A DNA stretch of 64,000 bases from Camelus dromedarius (Eukaryota): the NCBI RefSeq assembly GCF_036321535.1, contig NC_087436.1, positions 105,712,001 through 105,776,000 of the forward strand, given 5' to 3'. How positions within the stretch are numbered: the stretch's first letter is position 1; each line of letters starts with the position of its first letter. Below are positions 23,086 through 36,708 of the stretch, piece by piece. Both the position numbers and the translations under genes were made by a program. The notes under the pieces are model-generated. The model did no database searches. It was not told the origin of the DNA and saw only the letters and a program-made list of their open reading frames with translations.

Positions 23086-24168
23086 GTATGACTAAAGCCC
23101 TTATGTACTGCTTAACTATCAACATCATAATTCTTATTTCACATATGTATCATAGTATAGTATGTGTGCACATGTATAGTACTGTTATATGACTATTACA
23201 AATTGTATTGTCTAAAAATATTTAATGTGTGGAAAATCTTATAATATATCTTATTAAGTAAAAGAAATAGTACAGAACTGAACATAAAATATAACTCAAT
23301 TTTATTAAAATAGACATTAATGGACATAGAAAAAAGACTGGAGGAAACCATCAGAATGTTATTAACGACCCTCATGTCTGATAGGGAGAATATGAATGAT
23401 TTAGATTCTGTTCTTTATGCTTTTCTCTATTTTCAAAATTATCAACCTGGGTCACATATTACTGTGTGTGAGTTCCTTTTAAATAACATCCTGTTCGTTT
23501 ACTTTAATAGATTTGAATTTAAAGAAAAGAGCAAAAAGAGACCCATCATCTTATCACCCAGAAAACTCTGTTGAAAAAGAAAGCAACCTAGAAGCATGGT
23601 TAGAAAATTGAGGGCAAAGAGAACAAAATTAATAGTAGAACTTCCCACTTTCTTTCACCCTCTGTCCATCCCCCGCAAAGCTAAATACAGTTAATTTCCT
23701 TCAAGGGATGAAAAAAAGAAACCGGTATCTATCAGTACAAACAGATCCACCTCATTCTTTTAATTGGTAACAAATTTTATTTATAGTCTATTCTCAGAAA
23801 CCTGTTGCTTTTCAAGCCCTTTAACCATCACCGCAATCTGTGCCATCACCTCCTCTCCCATTCCAGCCCAGTCACTGTTAGCGGTTTGATTGGTGGGTCT
23901 TTTCACATGGATTCCTGTACATTTACTTACATAATGGCATCCTCATACACAACATACAGCAAGATTGCGGGGCTTTTCTTTTTGATGTAAGTGGTATTGC
24001 ACTGTACACACAAGTTTAACCATGGCACAGTCTTCTGTAGTATGAATATATTATAGTATATTGAACATTTCCCCTATGGATGAATATTTAATCTCATTTC
24101 CATTTTTATTTATTATTTTTATAATCAGAATGAACTAAAAATTATTTTTAAATTTCCTTTTATTAAAC

Positions 24169-24171
<3 letters not shown>

Positions 24172-24225
<54 letters not shown>
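24172..24225. repeat. Perfect (AT)27 microsatellite
   Basis: Directly visible. Confidence 0.97.
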
Positions 24226-24228
<3 letters not shown>

Positions 24229-24644
24229 AAAGGGGATGTTAGAAGCAATTGATAAGTTCATCTGGCTTACTTGAATACTGAATGAATGAACTCCCTTGGT
24301 GATTTCGTGGTGTTCATCTCATTCTGGACCCTTTGAATGAACCTGGCCTGTGCAATCTCAACCACCCTGGACTTCAGAAATGAGCACCGCATCCTAGTTT
24401 CGCCTCCAGCACCTTGAGGTTTCTCCTCCCTGAATACATCCCCTCTTCTCTCACCTCCGCTTAGCCCCACATCCCAGTTCCTGCTTCTCCCAACCAGGAG
24501 GTAGCCAACCCAGCTTCTGACTTGCTCTCTCAGCTAATCACTGATAGACAAGAAGGAGGAGGGGTCATGAAAAAAGACCTTTCACCTCTTTTTATATCTT
24601 AACAATTGGGAAACTGATACCTTGAAGGAGGGTGCTACTGTCAT

Positions 24645-25682
24645 ATTCCTTAACTAATACCGAAGTTTATACTTGAAGTGGGGTGCTGTCATGATGTAAA
24701 CCTAAAATGTGTGGCTCTGGTTTAGCTGTTTGCCTTTCAGGCTATAATGGGTCTTCTGTTGATACACGAGTCTTTCCAGTCTCCAATATCAGCTTCCTTG
24801 CTGCCCACTGCCCAACTAATCAGTGTCGAGTGGTAAATGGCAATAAAAATGATTTTAGAAGCTTATAAAGATGTAGACCATGTTAGGCAGTAGCAGAACA
24901 CCTGGATGTAAAGAAATAAATCCCTCATGAACATTTTTGTTGAGGAAAGGACTTCAGCCATGGTTATGCTCACAGGACTGACTGCAAGCTTGTAGATCAG
25001 AAGCCTAGTGAGATTTTGAGGGAACAGAACTGCTAAGAAACCACAGTCTAGGACTTTGTTCAAGCCTAAAGCACCAGTTACTGCAGGACATTTGGAAAGT
25101 AGGGAGATACTTTTGACTTGGGGGCAGAGATGCCTCTACCCACTGGTACCTAATGGGTAGAGGCCAGGAAAGTTGCTAAACATCCTACACTTATAAAATT
25201 GACTCCCACAACAGATGGCCCAAAATGTCATATAGGATAACAGGCCATGGAGAACAACAGAGGAGGGAATTTTTCCCGAGGAGTTTAATTCTGGTCTAAT
25301 CGAGAAAGTTCCCCTGCTGCCTGGTACAGTCTCTCACTTGGCAGGATTGTATGGACCAGTGACTTCCCTGTGACTCCCATTCTGCGCTTTTCTGAATGGG
25401 AGTCCTTGTTTCTTTGTCCCATCCTTGTTCCATCATGGCATATGGGGTGCAGAGAGGGTGGTGACAGATAATTTGTCTTTTCAGTTCACAGGTCAATGAA
25501 CGTGAAATACTGCATCTGAACTTTGTGGAGATATTACATATCACCTGGGGACTCAGAACACTGGTCTGGACACAGTAACTGGACTGGGTTTTCCACAGTC
25601 TCCCTGACGGAGGGGGTCAGTATATTCTTTGCATGGGAAAAAAGGACATGAACGTTATTTGTTGATCAGAAGGGCAGATGCT
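24645..25682 (+). mobile_element. MaLR internal-region remnant (MLT1-int) with LTRs largely lost
   Basis: 5' motif gaagtggggtgctgtc...aacctaaaatgtgtggctctgg; 3' motif acagataatttgtcttttcagttcacaggtc...cagaagggcaga. Confidence 0.6.
25085..25232 (+). mobile_element. MER20 (hAT-Charlie) fragment
   Basis: ggacatttgg...tgggtagaggccaggaaagttgctaaacatcctaca...ggcccaaaatgtca. Confidence 0.8.
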
Positions 25683-26104
25683 TGTCAAATTGAATCTAAT
25701 GGTCCTAAGTAGAGGAAGATGGAGGTTTGGGAGGTGGGTGGTCTCCAAAAAGCAGATTTTTCATTGTAAGGATTTCTCCTTCTGCTGTGATAACAGTATG
25801 ATTTCCAATAATATGCTTTTTTTCCCCCCTCAGTGTACTTTTTAAATTTTTTACTACCTTTTTCTGGATATTGCTGGGGCTTTGGACTTTGTGAAGACCT
25901 GCAACCTGCTCTTACTACCTTAAGTGAGATAATACATACCATGGTGTGTAGTTTCAACATCCAAACATGTCCCATTTGTGGCCTTACTGACATAGGCTGT
26001 CAGATCCAAAGGGCTAATGTTCGTGGAGCATCTTCCACACTGTGAAGCCCTGTATGAAAAGCCTTGTTCCTCTCCTACTTCTATTTCTCTTCTTCATCAC
26101 ATTA

Positions 26105-26310
26105 GTTGAACATTATTTCGTAGCAGAAACCGTGCTTGGCAGCTTCTATCCATCTTCTTGTTTAATGTCATGAAATCCCATGTTCCCTCCATTTTTCAAG
26201 TCAGGAAACTCCAGCTGGACAAGCCCGGGGTCACGCCAGGAACACACAGCTAGGAGATGACAAAGCTGGCATTGAAACCGAAGTCCGTTGGATTCTAAAG
26301 CTGCTCCTCT
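26105..26310 (-). mobile_element. MIR SINE
   Basis: ccatttttcaagtcaggaaact...cacacagctaggagatgacaaagctggcattgaa. Confidence 0.7.
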
Positions 26311-26454
26311 CCCTTCTCTTCCTCTCTGCTTTTCTTCTTCCTCCTTCTTCTTTCTACTGTTCTTCATCCTTCCCTCCCTCCTCCCTACCCCAAGGTAAGG
26401 GCAAGGAGTAATGAAAGAGATGCTGTTGGCAGTCTTTCTAACAGTCACGATCCC

Positions 26455-26930
26455 TGCCCGTCTTTGAACTCAGACCCTGATTTTGTTCAGATGGGGGTCT
26501 TTACACCTCAGAGGAGACAGGGCTTCTCCCCAGCTCCAAGGTGAATCTAGATTGGTGGGCTCTAAGCCAATGACAATAATTTCTTCCTTTGCTAATTGAC
26601 TGGTTTTAAGCATGGGTATGTGACTCATTTCTGGCCAATGTGACTTTACAGAAAGTCTTTTGGGGGCTTATTGGAAAATAGGAAGGAACATTGATGTGCA
26701 AAAGCATGACACCTGGAGCCATGGCAGCCATTTTGTTACAATGAGAATTACCGTGGTACAGAGTAGAGAAATAAAATGGGTCCGTAATTATATCAATTTG
26801 CTAATGACATTTATTCCTGGAGCTGCTGGAATAACTCTGGACTTCTTTTCATATTCGTTAAATCATCCTTTTATTATTTAAGCTGCTTTGAGTTGCTTTT
26901 CTGTTACTTGTGATCAAAAGTCTAACTCAC
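26455..26930 (+). mobile_element. MLT1J/K/L-like MaLR LTR
   Basis: gggtatgtgactcatttctggccaatg; ggcagccattttgt; tttgagttgcttttctgttacttg. Confidence 0.7.
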
Positions 26931-27324
26931 ATACGTTTTCCCTCTTCCTCCTTCATGCCTTCTTGGGTTCTTAAGGGTTAAGAAGACTTGATCAGGAAAC
27001 CTACTACATGAGTTTGACACTCTTTCCACAGTTGAAACTGTGCCAGAAATGATAGAGGAAAAAGCAAGAGGGCCTCTGTTCCAGGCTGACATGGGATTCA
27101 TAGCTGCCGCAAGGTCCACTTAGGTTCACACCACACGTTACACCAAACCTTTCTTCCAACCACCCAAGGTGGTGTCCATAGACAGCCAAGTTCATTCCCG
27201 TGCCTTGACATGAAGCCAAAGGCTTGTTGCCCATCATGTGAAGCAGAAACAACGTTAAAGGAGAAAGCAGGAGAGATCCTCCTCTCCTGCCTCTTGGGGG
27301 ATCAAGGATTGTGAATATTGTTAC

Positions 27325-27480
27325 TATTGGAGGGGACCTGAGATGGTCAAGTTTATTTCCATTATTTTACAGATAAAGACAAGAGGTTCAAAGAGGGGGA
27401 ATGATTGACCAAGCTCCCACAGTTAGTTCATGCCAGAGATAGGTCTGAATCCCTGCTCAGGTCCGTAGTTGAGGGCTTCT
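27325..27480 (-). mobile_element. MIR3-like fragment
   Basis: ggaggggacctgagatggtc...attttacagataaagac. Confidence 0.55.
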
Positions 27481-27599
27481 GCGTGACTCTAAGTGCCACT
27501 ATCAGCTGAGATAGCTGGTCCCAGATGGCCAAGCATTCCCACATTGTCCCTGAATGTGTAAAGGAAATCTTCTTCATTTGGATAAGATTACCCACAAAA

Positions 27600-27811
27600 A
27601 GGCAAAAATGAACTTATTTACAAAACAGAAAGAGACTCACAGACATAGAAAACAAACTTATGGTTACCAAAGGGGAAAGCTGAGGAGGGATAAATTGGAA
27701 ATTTGGGATTTGCAGATACAAACTATTATATACAGAATAGACAAACAACAAGGTCCTAAGTAAGGCACAGGGAACTGTATTCAATAGCTTGTAATAACCT
27801 ATAATGAAAAA

Positions 27812-27857
<46 letters not shown>

Positions 27858-27930
27858 CTGAATCACCCTGCTGTACACCAGAAATTAACACAACATTGTA
27901 AATCAACTATAGTTCAATTTAAAAAAAAGA
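27600..27930 (+). mobile_element. Young L1 3'UTR fragment
   Basis: aatgaacttatttacaaaacagaaagagactcacagacatagaaaacaaacttatggttacc...acattgtaaatcaactatagttcaat; highly similar to 56010-56310. Confidence 0.92.
27814..27854. repeat. (AT)n microsatellite inside L1 3'UTR
   Basis: Directly visible. Confidence 0.95.
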
Positions 27931-27974
27931 AGCAGGGAACAAAATCAGGGGTGGGGGATAGGGAGAAGGGGCAC

Positions 27975-27976
<2 letters not shown>

Positions 27977-28014
<38 letters not shown>

Positions 28015-28017
28015 TGT
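27977..28017. repeat. (TG)n microsatellite
   Basis: Directly visible. Confidence 0.95.
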
Positions 28018-28410
28018 TACAAAGAGGAAGAGGTGTGAGTGTTCAGGAGAACTACAGTCACACCGCTTGCCTCTGACGCTCCACCACTGGGCTCACTGGT
28101 CACACCAGCTGCGTTTCCAAAAGCTCATCCCTTCTCGGCCTGCCGACAAATTGCATTGATTTATGAAACAGACAACTCTGCAATTGCCTGAGTACATTTA
28201 ATCTTTTCAAATTAAGCCAACTTCACATTCGGCATACCATATGGAATTCTTTAGGGTGTTTATAAACACGGTTACACTTAAGCCCTCGTCCTCTCTGCTT
28301 AAACTGTGGCAGAAATAGACCAGAGAGCCAAAAACATACAGATTGAAGCGATGATCTGCCACCAGGCCAAATCCTTTCAGGGTGGAAAAGATTTTAGACA
28401 TCATCTGGTC

Positions 28411-28762
28411 CAGAGGCTGCACCCTTGAGGCCCAGGGGCTGATTTCGGCGCACAGATGTGTTGAGTTTGGCTCACTCTGTGTTTCTGAACATTTTTATGC
28501 CAACATTTAAGAATTGGAAGCTTTCCCATAAAAATCCAGACTTTCTGCATCTTTTAAAAAAAAAAACTGGAAATGTGGCTACACTGAGCCCTCGTTCCCA
28601 CACAGCTATCAACTGAAGCCAGATAGTAGCTTCGTCCCCCGCCTGGGGTATCTTTGCTCTTGGCCATAATTGTCACCACTGCCGATTGTCTTACACTAAA
28701 TACCTGCCTCACTCACTCTCAATACTTGCCTGACCCTTTTAGGCACGTGTCTGCCTCCCTCA
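28411..28762 (+). mobile_element. MER102-like hAT-Charlie element inserted in a MIR
   Basis: tgccaacatttaagaattgg...cataaaaatccagactttctg...ggctacactgagccc. Confidence 0.75.
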
Positions 28763-29004
28763 CCTAAATCAAAACACGTACAGGAGAGAAAGTGAAGTCC
28801 CAGAATCTAGATGTGACTTACCTAAAATTTCCAGACGTTCCAGAGTGAGCTTTGGACTTCCTCAGCCCATGAAGTTGGACATGGTGAGAATGGAGGAAGG
28901 CAAGCCAATGTGACCTATATTTTGAGAGCCCAAAAGACCACCGATGACTCAGGATAAGATGAGAAGGTAAGATATTTGATTCTTGGCTTATGGTTCATTG
29001 CAGG

Positions 29005-29150
29005 TGTTTATTCGTTCATTGCAACAAACATTTATTGCTCTCACAAACTGCTTTAGGCTCTGGGGAGATAAAGTTATCAAATCTTGACTCTGGTCCTCAA
29101 GGAGCTTTCGGTCAAGCAGAGAACAATAGACACGTAAGCACAGAATTCTA
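29005..29150 (-). mobile_element. L2 3' end fragment
   Basis: attcgttcattgcaacaaacatttattg...cctcaaggagctt. Confidence 0.65.
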
Positions 29151-29208
29151 ACAGGCCTTCTCCCGAACTCCTTCGGTCAGATCTGTAGGCAACAACGCAG
29201 TTGTTAAG

Positions 29209-30162
29209 TGTGAGATAATAGAAGATGTGTATTGGTCTCTGCCCCTTGTTCCTGGCACAGAGCTCCTGAAACTCATAATTTCCTAAGTGATAAGCACACC
29301 AGGAACATCTTTTCTTCTATTTGTCTTTGACCGCAGTTCCTGAAACAGCGCTCCTGAAACCCTTGTAAGTTGCTGAGTGATGAGGGCGTCTTTTGCTCTA
29401 ACAAGGTGGATGAGGGCTGGTCACCAGCAACAACAAGCCATGGTTAGAAGCTTGGAATTTTCAGCCTCATCTTTCATTCTCTGAAGAAGGGAGAAGGGCT
29501 GAAAGTGGAGTTAATGATTGATCATATGAATGGAATGAGTTTTCCATAAAATTCCAATAGCTTGGGGTTCTGAGAGCTTCCCAGGTTGTCAAACAGGTGG
29601 CAGTATGGGGACAGTGGTGTCCCTGGAGCGGCCGTGGAAGCTCCACACCCCTCCCCATATAACTTTGCCCTACACATTTCTTCCATCTGTATATTCATCT
29701 GTATCCTCTGTCTTATGCTTTTCGAATAAACTGGTAAACCTAAGCAAATGTTGCCCTGAGTTCTGTGAGCCACTCTAGCAAACTAATCAAATCCAAGGGG
29801 AAAGAGGTCATGGGAACCTTTGATTTGTAGCCAAATGGGACAGAAGTTGTGAGTAACCTGGGGACCTATACTAGCAATTGGCATCCGAAGCAGAGGGTGA
29901 TCTCACTGGGCTGATCCCTGAACCTGCGGAATGCAACACGCCCTCCAGGTAGATGGTGTCAGCATTGAGTTAAATTATAAGACACCCAGCTGGGGTCAGA
30001 GAAGTCCTTGGTTGGGGGAAAACTCGCACACATTTGGTGACCAGAACCGTCAGAAGTGAAGTGTTCTGTGTAAGTGGTAAAGGAGAAAGTCACACAAGAG
30101 GCAGACAGGACTGGGTTGTTTTGTTTGGTGGGGGGTGATTTTTATTTGTTTTTTTTAACACA
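29209..30162 (+). mobile_element. MER21-family LTR
   Basis: tgtgagataata...ttcctggcacagagctcctgaaac; aataaactggtaaacctaag; ccctgagttctgtgagccactctagcaaa; cacacatttggtgaccaga. Confidence 0.88.
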
Positions 30163-30164
30163 TT

Positions 30165-30545
30165 ATGGTAACAGGCTGACTTGCAAACTTGGATTCGAAT
30201 ATGGGTCCTGTCCATTCTTCTTTGTTGTTGTTTTTGTTTTGTTTGTTTTGGGTTTTTTTTTAGGGGGAGGGGGTAATTAGGTTTGTTCGTTTGTTTGTTT
30301 ACCTATTTTGATGGAGGTACTGGGGATTGGACCCAGGATCTCATGCTTATGCTAAGCACACACTCTACCTCTGAGTTACACCCTCCCCCCAACTCCATCC
30401 CACCCCTGTCTCTCCTTAACTTGGACAAAATACTTCCCATCTAAGCCTCAGTTTTCACATCTGTATAAAATAATTAAATGCTTATCACCTAGAATTTGTG
30501 AGAAACATTTGAAAAGCTCCTTGTGCAGAGTGAGCATTCAGTAAT
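30165..30545 (+). mobile_element. MIR split by a SINE
   Basis: ttggattcgaat...; agcctcagttttcacatctgtataaaa. Confidence 0.65.
30220..30390 (-). mobile_element. tRNA-Ala-derived SINE (vic-1 type), long form
   Basis: atggaggtactggggattggacccagg...gctaagcacacactctacctctgagttacaccctccccc plus taattagg tail. Confidence 0.88.
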
Positions 30546-31494
30546 TAGTGAATTCAGTAATTCTTCTTCTAGAATGCTTCCCTCCCCCGCCGTGTTACTC
30601 ATTCTTCTTTTCTTTTTTTTCCCCTTTCATTACTTTCTCTCTAGTTTGTTCCAGATATTGCTTTAAATTTTAAGATCTCCAAGTACTTTCCTGCATCACA
30701 AGTCACTGGATGATGGGCAGCACTTGTAATGAGAAGTGCCAGTACTTATTAAAATGAGTGCATATGGCCATGACTCTCAGAAGTAGTGCATTGTTTGTGT
30801 TACTTCTTTGAAGGACAGAAAACGACTAAGAAGTGAGGCCTTCATTATTTGGTCTCTCATTTGCACAGAGTATCTTGGTTGACGGTCCTGCTCTGGGGTG
30901 CTCACACACACACAATTCTTCTGGGCCTTGAGCATTCCAGATTCAAAAGTGGAACAAAGGACCAAGAGCCAGAAAATCTTCGATGTTCATCCCAGGGCAG
31001 ATGTTGTTTCTCTTGTCGGCCGTGGGCAAATCACCTCCCCCATCACTTCCCCCATCAGCCGCGCAGAAATCAATTATCTCCTCACCTCACTTGAGGGCTG
31101 AGAGACTTAATTATGCTTTTGGAAGATGGTTGTTAGTTAACCTAATTCTCTCGGTAAACTAACAACCCTTTGCTTTCCTCATCGTACCTCCCAAAATTTC
31201 ATAAATTAGTCCCCCTTTTCCTAAGTCAGAATGTAGGATGACTCTTCTTTTTACTGATTCACTTGGATGATTGGTTTTTAGTGATATTTCCCACCAACAT
31301 GCCCAGGGTAGTGTTGAGGGAAATGAGGAGGGAGCATCTCAGTGGTGACTAAGAGCAGAGGTAATGGAGAGAGAACTGTCCTTTCCAGAAGGGAAATATT
31401 ATCTTTGTCCTTGAGAATAAAATTCTTGGAGCCTCTGGTCCTTGTAGGCCATGAAGAGAATTGAGGATTAGACTAAACTGGCTTATTTTGCAGT

Positions 31495-31660
31495 GGCTTA
31501 GATGGAGTCCTTCCCAGCACAAGCAAGAGTCCCTCAGACACAGGTTCAAATCCTGGCCTCACCACGTTCTGGTGGGGCCACACTGAACATTTATTGACTT
31601 AACTTCACCGTTTCCTCATCTGTAAAATGACAATGATAAAGTCTCCTTCACAGGAGGAAG
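31495..31660 (+). mobile_element. MIR SINE
   Basis: aggttcaaatcctggcctcacca...gtttcctcatctgtaaaatgacaatgataa. Confidence 0.75.
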
Positions 31661-31959
31661 AAGCGAAACCACGCACGTTTCCCTTTTCACTTTCCCTTGC
31701 AGAGATACGTGCATCTGTCCAGTTTCTACAACAGGATTATAATAAACCCCCTGAGGACAGGGATGGCTCAGCTGTATCCAGCCTTTCTCAACAGGGGTTC
31801 CCCAAGAGAATTAAACTCCCCAGAAAATTGTGTGAGTGACTATATTCTCAATTCTCCTAAGGATGAGAGAGAACTAGCACCATTTTAGATGCATAGGAGA
31901 GAAATTAATTCACTACCTACAGTGGATGCCTTAGGGCATGAGGCCTTAATTCTATCCCG

Positions 31960-32265
31960 CAACCTGGTTAAGAAGCACTGGTAACATTAATCATTATGAA
32001 AGATAAACTCCAAACTTTCAGCAGTTTAATGTGACAGAAGTGTATGTTTAATGGGTGTTCCAAATTGGCAGGATTAAATAATTTAGAGCTTCTAAGCTCT
32101 CCATGCTCATCTGCATTAAAGGGAAAGTTTCAGTGAGGAAGAGCGAGGTTTTCTGTTCACACTCCGTTAGCTAGACCGCAGGCACCAGGCACAAGGGAGG
32201 CTGGGAAATGTAGTCTATCTGCGGAGCCAGGGAAGAGAAGGGAATGCTAGCAGGCCTCTGCCACA
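31960..32265 (-). mobile_element. Old MLT1 LTR fragment
   Basis: caagggaggctgggaaatgtagtcta...ctctgccaca. Confidence 0.5.
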
Positions 32266-32494
32266 TGCGAGTATTATCTCCCTGGTGAGTAGGCTTTCAA
32301 CTAGACTCACACAGCAGGTGACAGTGTTCAGTAAATGTTTGTGAAATTTATGCATGAACGAATTAAGCGTTCATTCAATCTATCAATCCTCACACCCCGA
32401 CTTCCTCCATTTATCCTGTGTACTACCTCCCTTGAACCCTCTCTTCCACCCAGCTGCCACAGTAAGGTCCAGAAAATTGCTCTGCAGCATTAAA

Positions 32495-32745
32495 CAGTGT
32501 TTGAAAGGAGCACTTGGTCTCAACTTGCAACGCCTTGGATTTGAGTCTCAGTTGGATCAATTACCAGCTGGGCTCCCTGGGGCCAGTGGCTTTCTACCTA
32601 AAATTGCAGATAGGTATTACGTGCTTCTTTGTCTACAGTGGAAATCATGGTTGGTGGCCCAAATCGTGGTTTGGGGGAAGACCCTAGGACTTAATATAAG
32701 CAGGGGCACTTTGGGAAGTGCCATATAAATGTAAATGTTATTGAT
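32495..32745 (+). mobile_element. MIR fragment
   Basis: cttggatttgagtctcag...tataaatgtaaatgttatt. Confidence 0.5.
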
Positions 32746-33699
32746 ATTCATCCATGTGAAGTTATTAGCTGGAAATACTCAAGGCATTTCTCCTAAAAGT
32801 GCATCTGTATTGTAAGAGAAGACTCTGAACAGATTTCCAGTGATGAAATATCAGGTGCTTCCTTGCAAAGCTGTGGTTTCTGCTCAGTGCTCCTGTGTCC
32901 TAGTAACGGAACAATAATTTCCACAAATGCCGTCACAGGGGGACCAGAGCATGGGGCTAGCCTTTGGATCTGTAATGATGGTGGGCTCCAGGATAAGGAT
33001 GGACATGCAAACCTGTGATAGCTACGTCAATAGAATTCAAACCAATATGGGACACAGAAGGAAGAAGAGAGGCGGGGAGGGAATCATGGGTGGGGCAGGG
33101 ATGGGTGCCACCCCACACCAGGGCTGTGGGTCTCTGGCAACACAGGTGAATATCGACTGGCTCAACTGGATTATTTCCTCCAAAGGGAAGGGCTAGAGAG
33201 AGTCAGGGGGAAATTCAAGGTTTGTAGACTCTTTCAAATCAGGCAAAATAGAAAAGTCTTTGTTGTGTGCTGGAAACTGATCTGGGTATATTCTAAATTA
33301 AATTATTTCCCCTTTGTGGAACAAGAGTCCTGATGTCACAAACCTTAGTTCTTAGGAAGGGAGAGGATATGGTATTACAGAAAAGACACTGATTATAGAG
33401 CCAAGGAAAGCTGGGTTCAGATTTTTGCGCCTCCACCATTTCTAGTATGATTTGGGGAAAACCCCTCTGATTCTTTGGAGGTAATAATTCCTCTATCAAA
33501 GATTTGCCCTAAAGACAAGCTACAACAAAATGACATTAGCCTGACGAGCACAGAGCATTCAGTAAGTGTAGGTTATTATTATTAAAATAGACCAAAGCTT
33601 CCACCTCCCCACTGATGTAGTAATCGACATGCTCATTTCTGGGCAAGAAAGAAACTTTGCTAAGATTGAAAGGAGTTTAAATATCACTGCCTCTTGGGG

Positions 33700-33955
33700 A
33701 GACGGGTCTCTCTGACCATCCCACCTAGACTAAACCCTCTCGATGACTTCATAATTGGGTGTGTATTTGTGTACTTGGTGTGTATTTGTGTATTTGTGTC
33801 TATCTTTTTATCCAAAAGTAAGTTTCAAGAGGGCAGAGAGCTTGTTGTCTTATCCGTGGTGGTTCAGCGTGGGACACAGCCTGGAGTGCCATGTGTTTAA
33901 TAAATGGCTGTTGGAAGGAAGGAGAGGGAAGGAAGCAGGGCCGCCTGAATGATTA
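33700..33955 (+). mobile_element. L2 3' end
   Basis: gtaagtttcaagagggcagagag...catgtgtttaataaatggctgttg. Confidence 0.6.
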
Positions 33956-34609
33956 GAGAACATTTTAACACTGACAACCCTCACATCCCATAGAGAGAGC
34001 TGCATCCTGAAATGCAGATACCCCTGGGAAAGGCAGCCGTTGACTGAAATGCATTCTGACGCGTAAAGGACTCCTTGGAGATCCCTGCCCGGGAAAGAGT
34101 CTCCAGAGAGGGTGAGCTGGGAGATGGGGGCGGGGAAAGAGCTTGTCTGGCTGTCACCTGGGCACAGGAGTCCAGGTGTGCTTGTAGACTAGGAAGAAGC
34201 CCTCCGCATCCCAACCTGCCCGTGCAGAACCCAATTTGCATGCATCACCCACGCCCTCGGTGTAGCAGCCATCTTCCTTTTCATCAGTGCTGTGGGGCAA
34301 GGGAGGAAAATACCTTTCAAGACCAGACATGAATCTTGCAGTAAACAAGCTTTACTCTGCCTCGTTGTGTGGGTTTTAACCTTTCATAATACCCGAAGGG
34401 CAGATTGAAATGCTGAAGTAATGCACTGTAAAGCTTCCTTGCTAGGCTGGGGAAACTCTAGCCGTGAAAAACAAACAAATAAAAAGCATGAAAAGCCACC
34501 ACAAGCCTTTTCTCCTAAAGAGGCATGTAGACAACATTCTCTGTTTGCTAACCTCTGTCTCTCTGTGAACAAGACTATGTTTCATATCAGGTGGGGATGA
34601 GAAAGGAAA

Positions 34610-34800
34610 GGACTTGACATTTATGAAGCACCTACTATGTGCCAGGCGCTGTGCTGGGAACACTTTCATGTGTTATTTCTTGGAACCATCCCAACAAGCC
34701 CCCTGGCGGTCATTCGCTCCACCATGTGACCCTCAGCAGTTAACTTGTCTGAGCTCACACAGCTAATCAGGTATCTGTCAGACTTCACCAGCCACACTAC
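34610..34800 (-). mobile_element. MIR SINE
   Basis: catttatgaagcacctactatgtgccaggcgctgtgct. Confidence 0.75.
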
Positions 34801-34864
34801 TTAAATATTTTGAATTTCATTCAAACTGAGGAATCGTTTCTCATAAATGTATCTGCTATGTATG

Positions 34865-35285
34865 GTCTTTCACCCACCAATATCATTTCCTGTGGAAAGA
34901 AATCAAAGATGTACACAAAGATGTGACAATGAGACCATTGATCACAGCACTGTTTTTGGTGGAAAAAAATAACTTAAATGTCCAATAGTAGGGATTGGTC
35001 AGATACATTGTGAACTACCCATGCAGTGAAAGACTTCGTAGATATCGTGATTATTTATTGCCAGAGAAATATGTTGTTGATTTATTATTAAGGGGAAGGG
35101 GAAAAACAGGTTTCAAACAATATCTAAAATACCAATTGGGCGAATAAATACACAAGTAAATTAACGCATGTAAAAATTCAAAAAGAATGTAAAAAAATTA
35201 ACTGTTTATCTTTGAATGGCAGGATTACAGGTATTTTTTTTTATCTTCTTTTGCTTCTCTATTTTTAAGCATTTTTCTACAGTGA
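34865..35285 (+). mobile_element. L1ME-type 3' fragment
   Basis: aacttaaatgtccaatagtagggattgg; ggcaggattacaggtatttt. Confidence 0.65.
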
Positions 35286-35640
35286 GCTTGCACCTCTAGA
35301 GCAGTTAGTTTGTTTTAGTTTTTCCTTCTTAAGAGTCGTTTTTAGAATAATTAGAAAGCTGCTTTCTAAAACATGTTGCTTGAGGGCCCAGAATTTGGAA
35401 ACATTTCTATTCTTTTGTAGCTCCTACTAAAAGGAGAAAAGAAATTCCTAGCCAAATACTGGCATCTGGCCAATATTGTTTCTTTTTATAATTACATTGT
35501 CAGCCACTGATTAAAATGTAAGCGCCTGAAAGCCGAAACATGTCCTTTTTTCCTCTTTAATCCATGTGCCTTTGTGGTGTTCAGTGACTATTTACGATTG
35601 TTTGATTTCTTCCCTTTACTCTTTTGGTTTTAGGTCTGGG

Positions 35641-35671
<31 letters not shown>

Positions 35672-36708
35672 TATTTTACACCAGAAGCTTATTCATTTGG
35701 ACCCTTTTAAATTCTAGTTTGTGAAAATTTGGAAAATTTAGACAAGACTGAAACTTACTTTTTTTCTCTGAATAAAATTCGGGTTGGTTGAGGGCAGGGT
35801 CCATGTAAGCGAATGAGGTGGGAGGGCTATATTTAACCTACTTGGGAAAACACTCTTGAACTCTTTTCAGCAACCTTTTGTGCCCAGTTAATTAATGGAC
35901 TGATTACAAATGATTATAATTCATTGAGTCGATTTGGCAGAATTTCCTCCTGGCAGCACTGCATCTCCTATTAGTTTGTGTTACTTGTCAGTGTTGAGAG
36001 TGACACGTCTACTTTGCCTTACAAATAGCATGGGCATTCACTAATTCAGGGTTTGTTCAATAATCTGAGCGGGTTTTTCACAGTCTCTAATTTTCAGATT
36101 TTACTGTATTTTTGAACTGAATAGATCGCTCTTTAAATAAAACAGTGCTTTTAGAAATAGAAGGTTTTCCTTCCCTAAAAAATAAAGCTGTAACATCCAG
36201 GGTATGCATGGAAGTATTAATCACACCCATTGAACAAAAAATAATGTAAACAATATGAAGTGTGCAAAAGTGAAAGTCCACACCCGACTCTCTTTTTTCT
36301 ACGCACAGACTTGGAGATTCCTGGCCCTGCTCTGCCTTGTTTCTGTGGAGAAACCCAGTTCACTTCACAATATAGCATCCCAGGAGTCCAGTATAGCAGC
36401 AGGCCTGGGGCTGGGACCCTTCGGCGTTCAACGGATCGGGGCTGGATGCCACTTTGACCCTCTAATGAGACAGCCTCAGAGCTTCCACGAGCACTTGGTA
36501 CCATAATGTCAGTTTGATAGAGTTGTTGATTTGTTTTTGGTTTTTCAAGGTGGTTGTTTTGTTTTGTTTGCCAAAAGCAGACCCTTCAGTAATTTTTCAG
36601 TAGGCCACACACCAGTCGGGTAAGTATGTCCTTCACGAAATAAAACAGATATAGGATGAAGGTAAGAATTGATGTTATGAGCACATGGAATCTAAAATGG
36701 TCCCTCAA

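Noticed and set aside
29236..29385. About 60-bp imperfect direct repeat
   Set aside because: Lies inside the MER21 LTR and appears to be part of the family structure.
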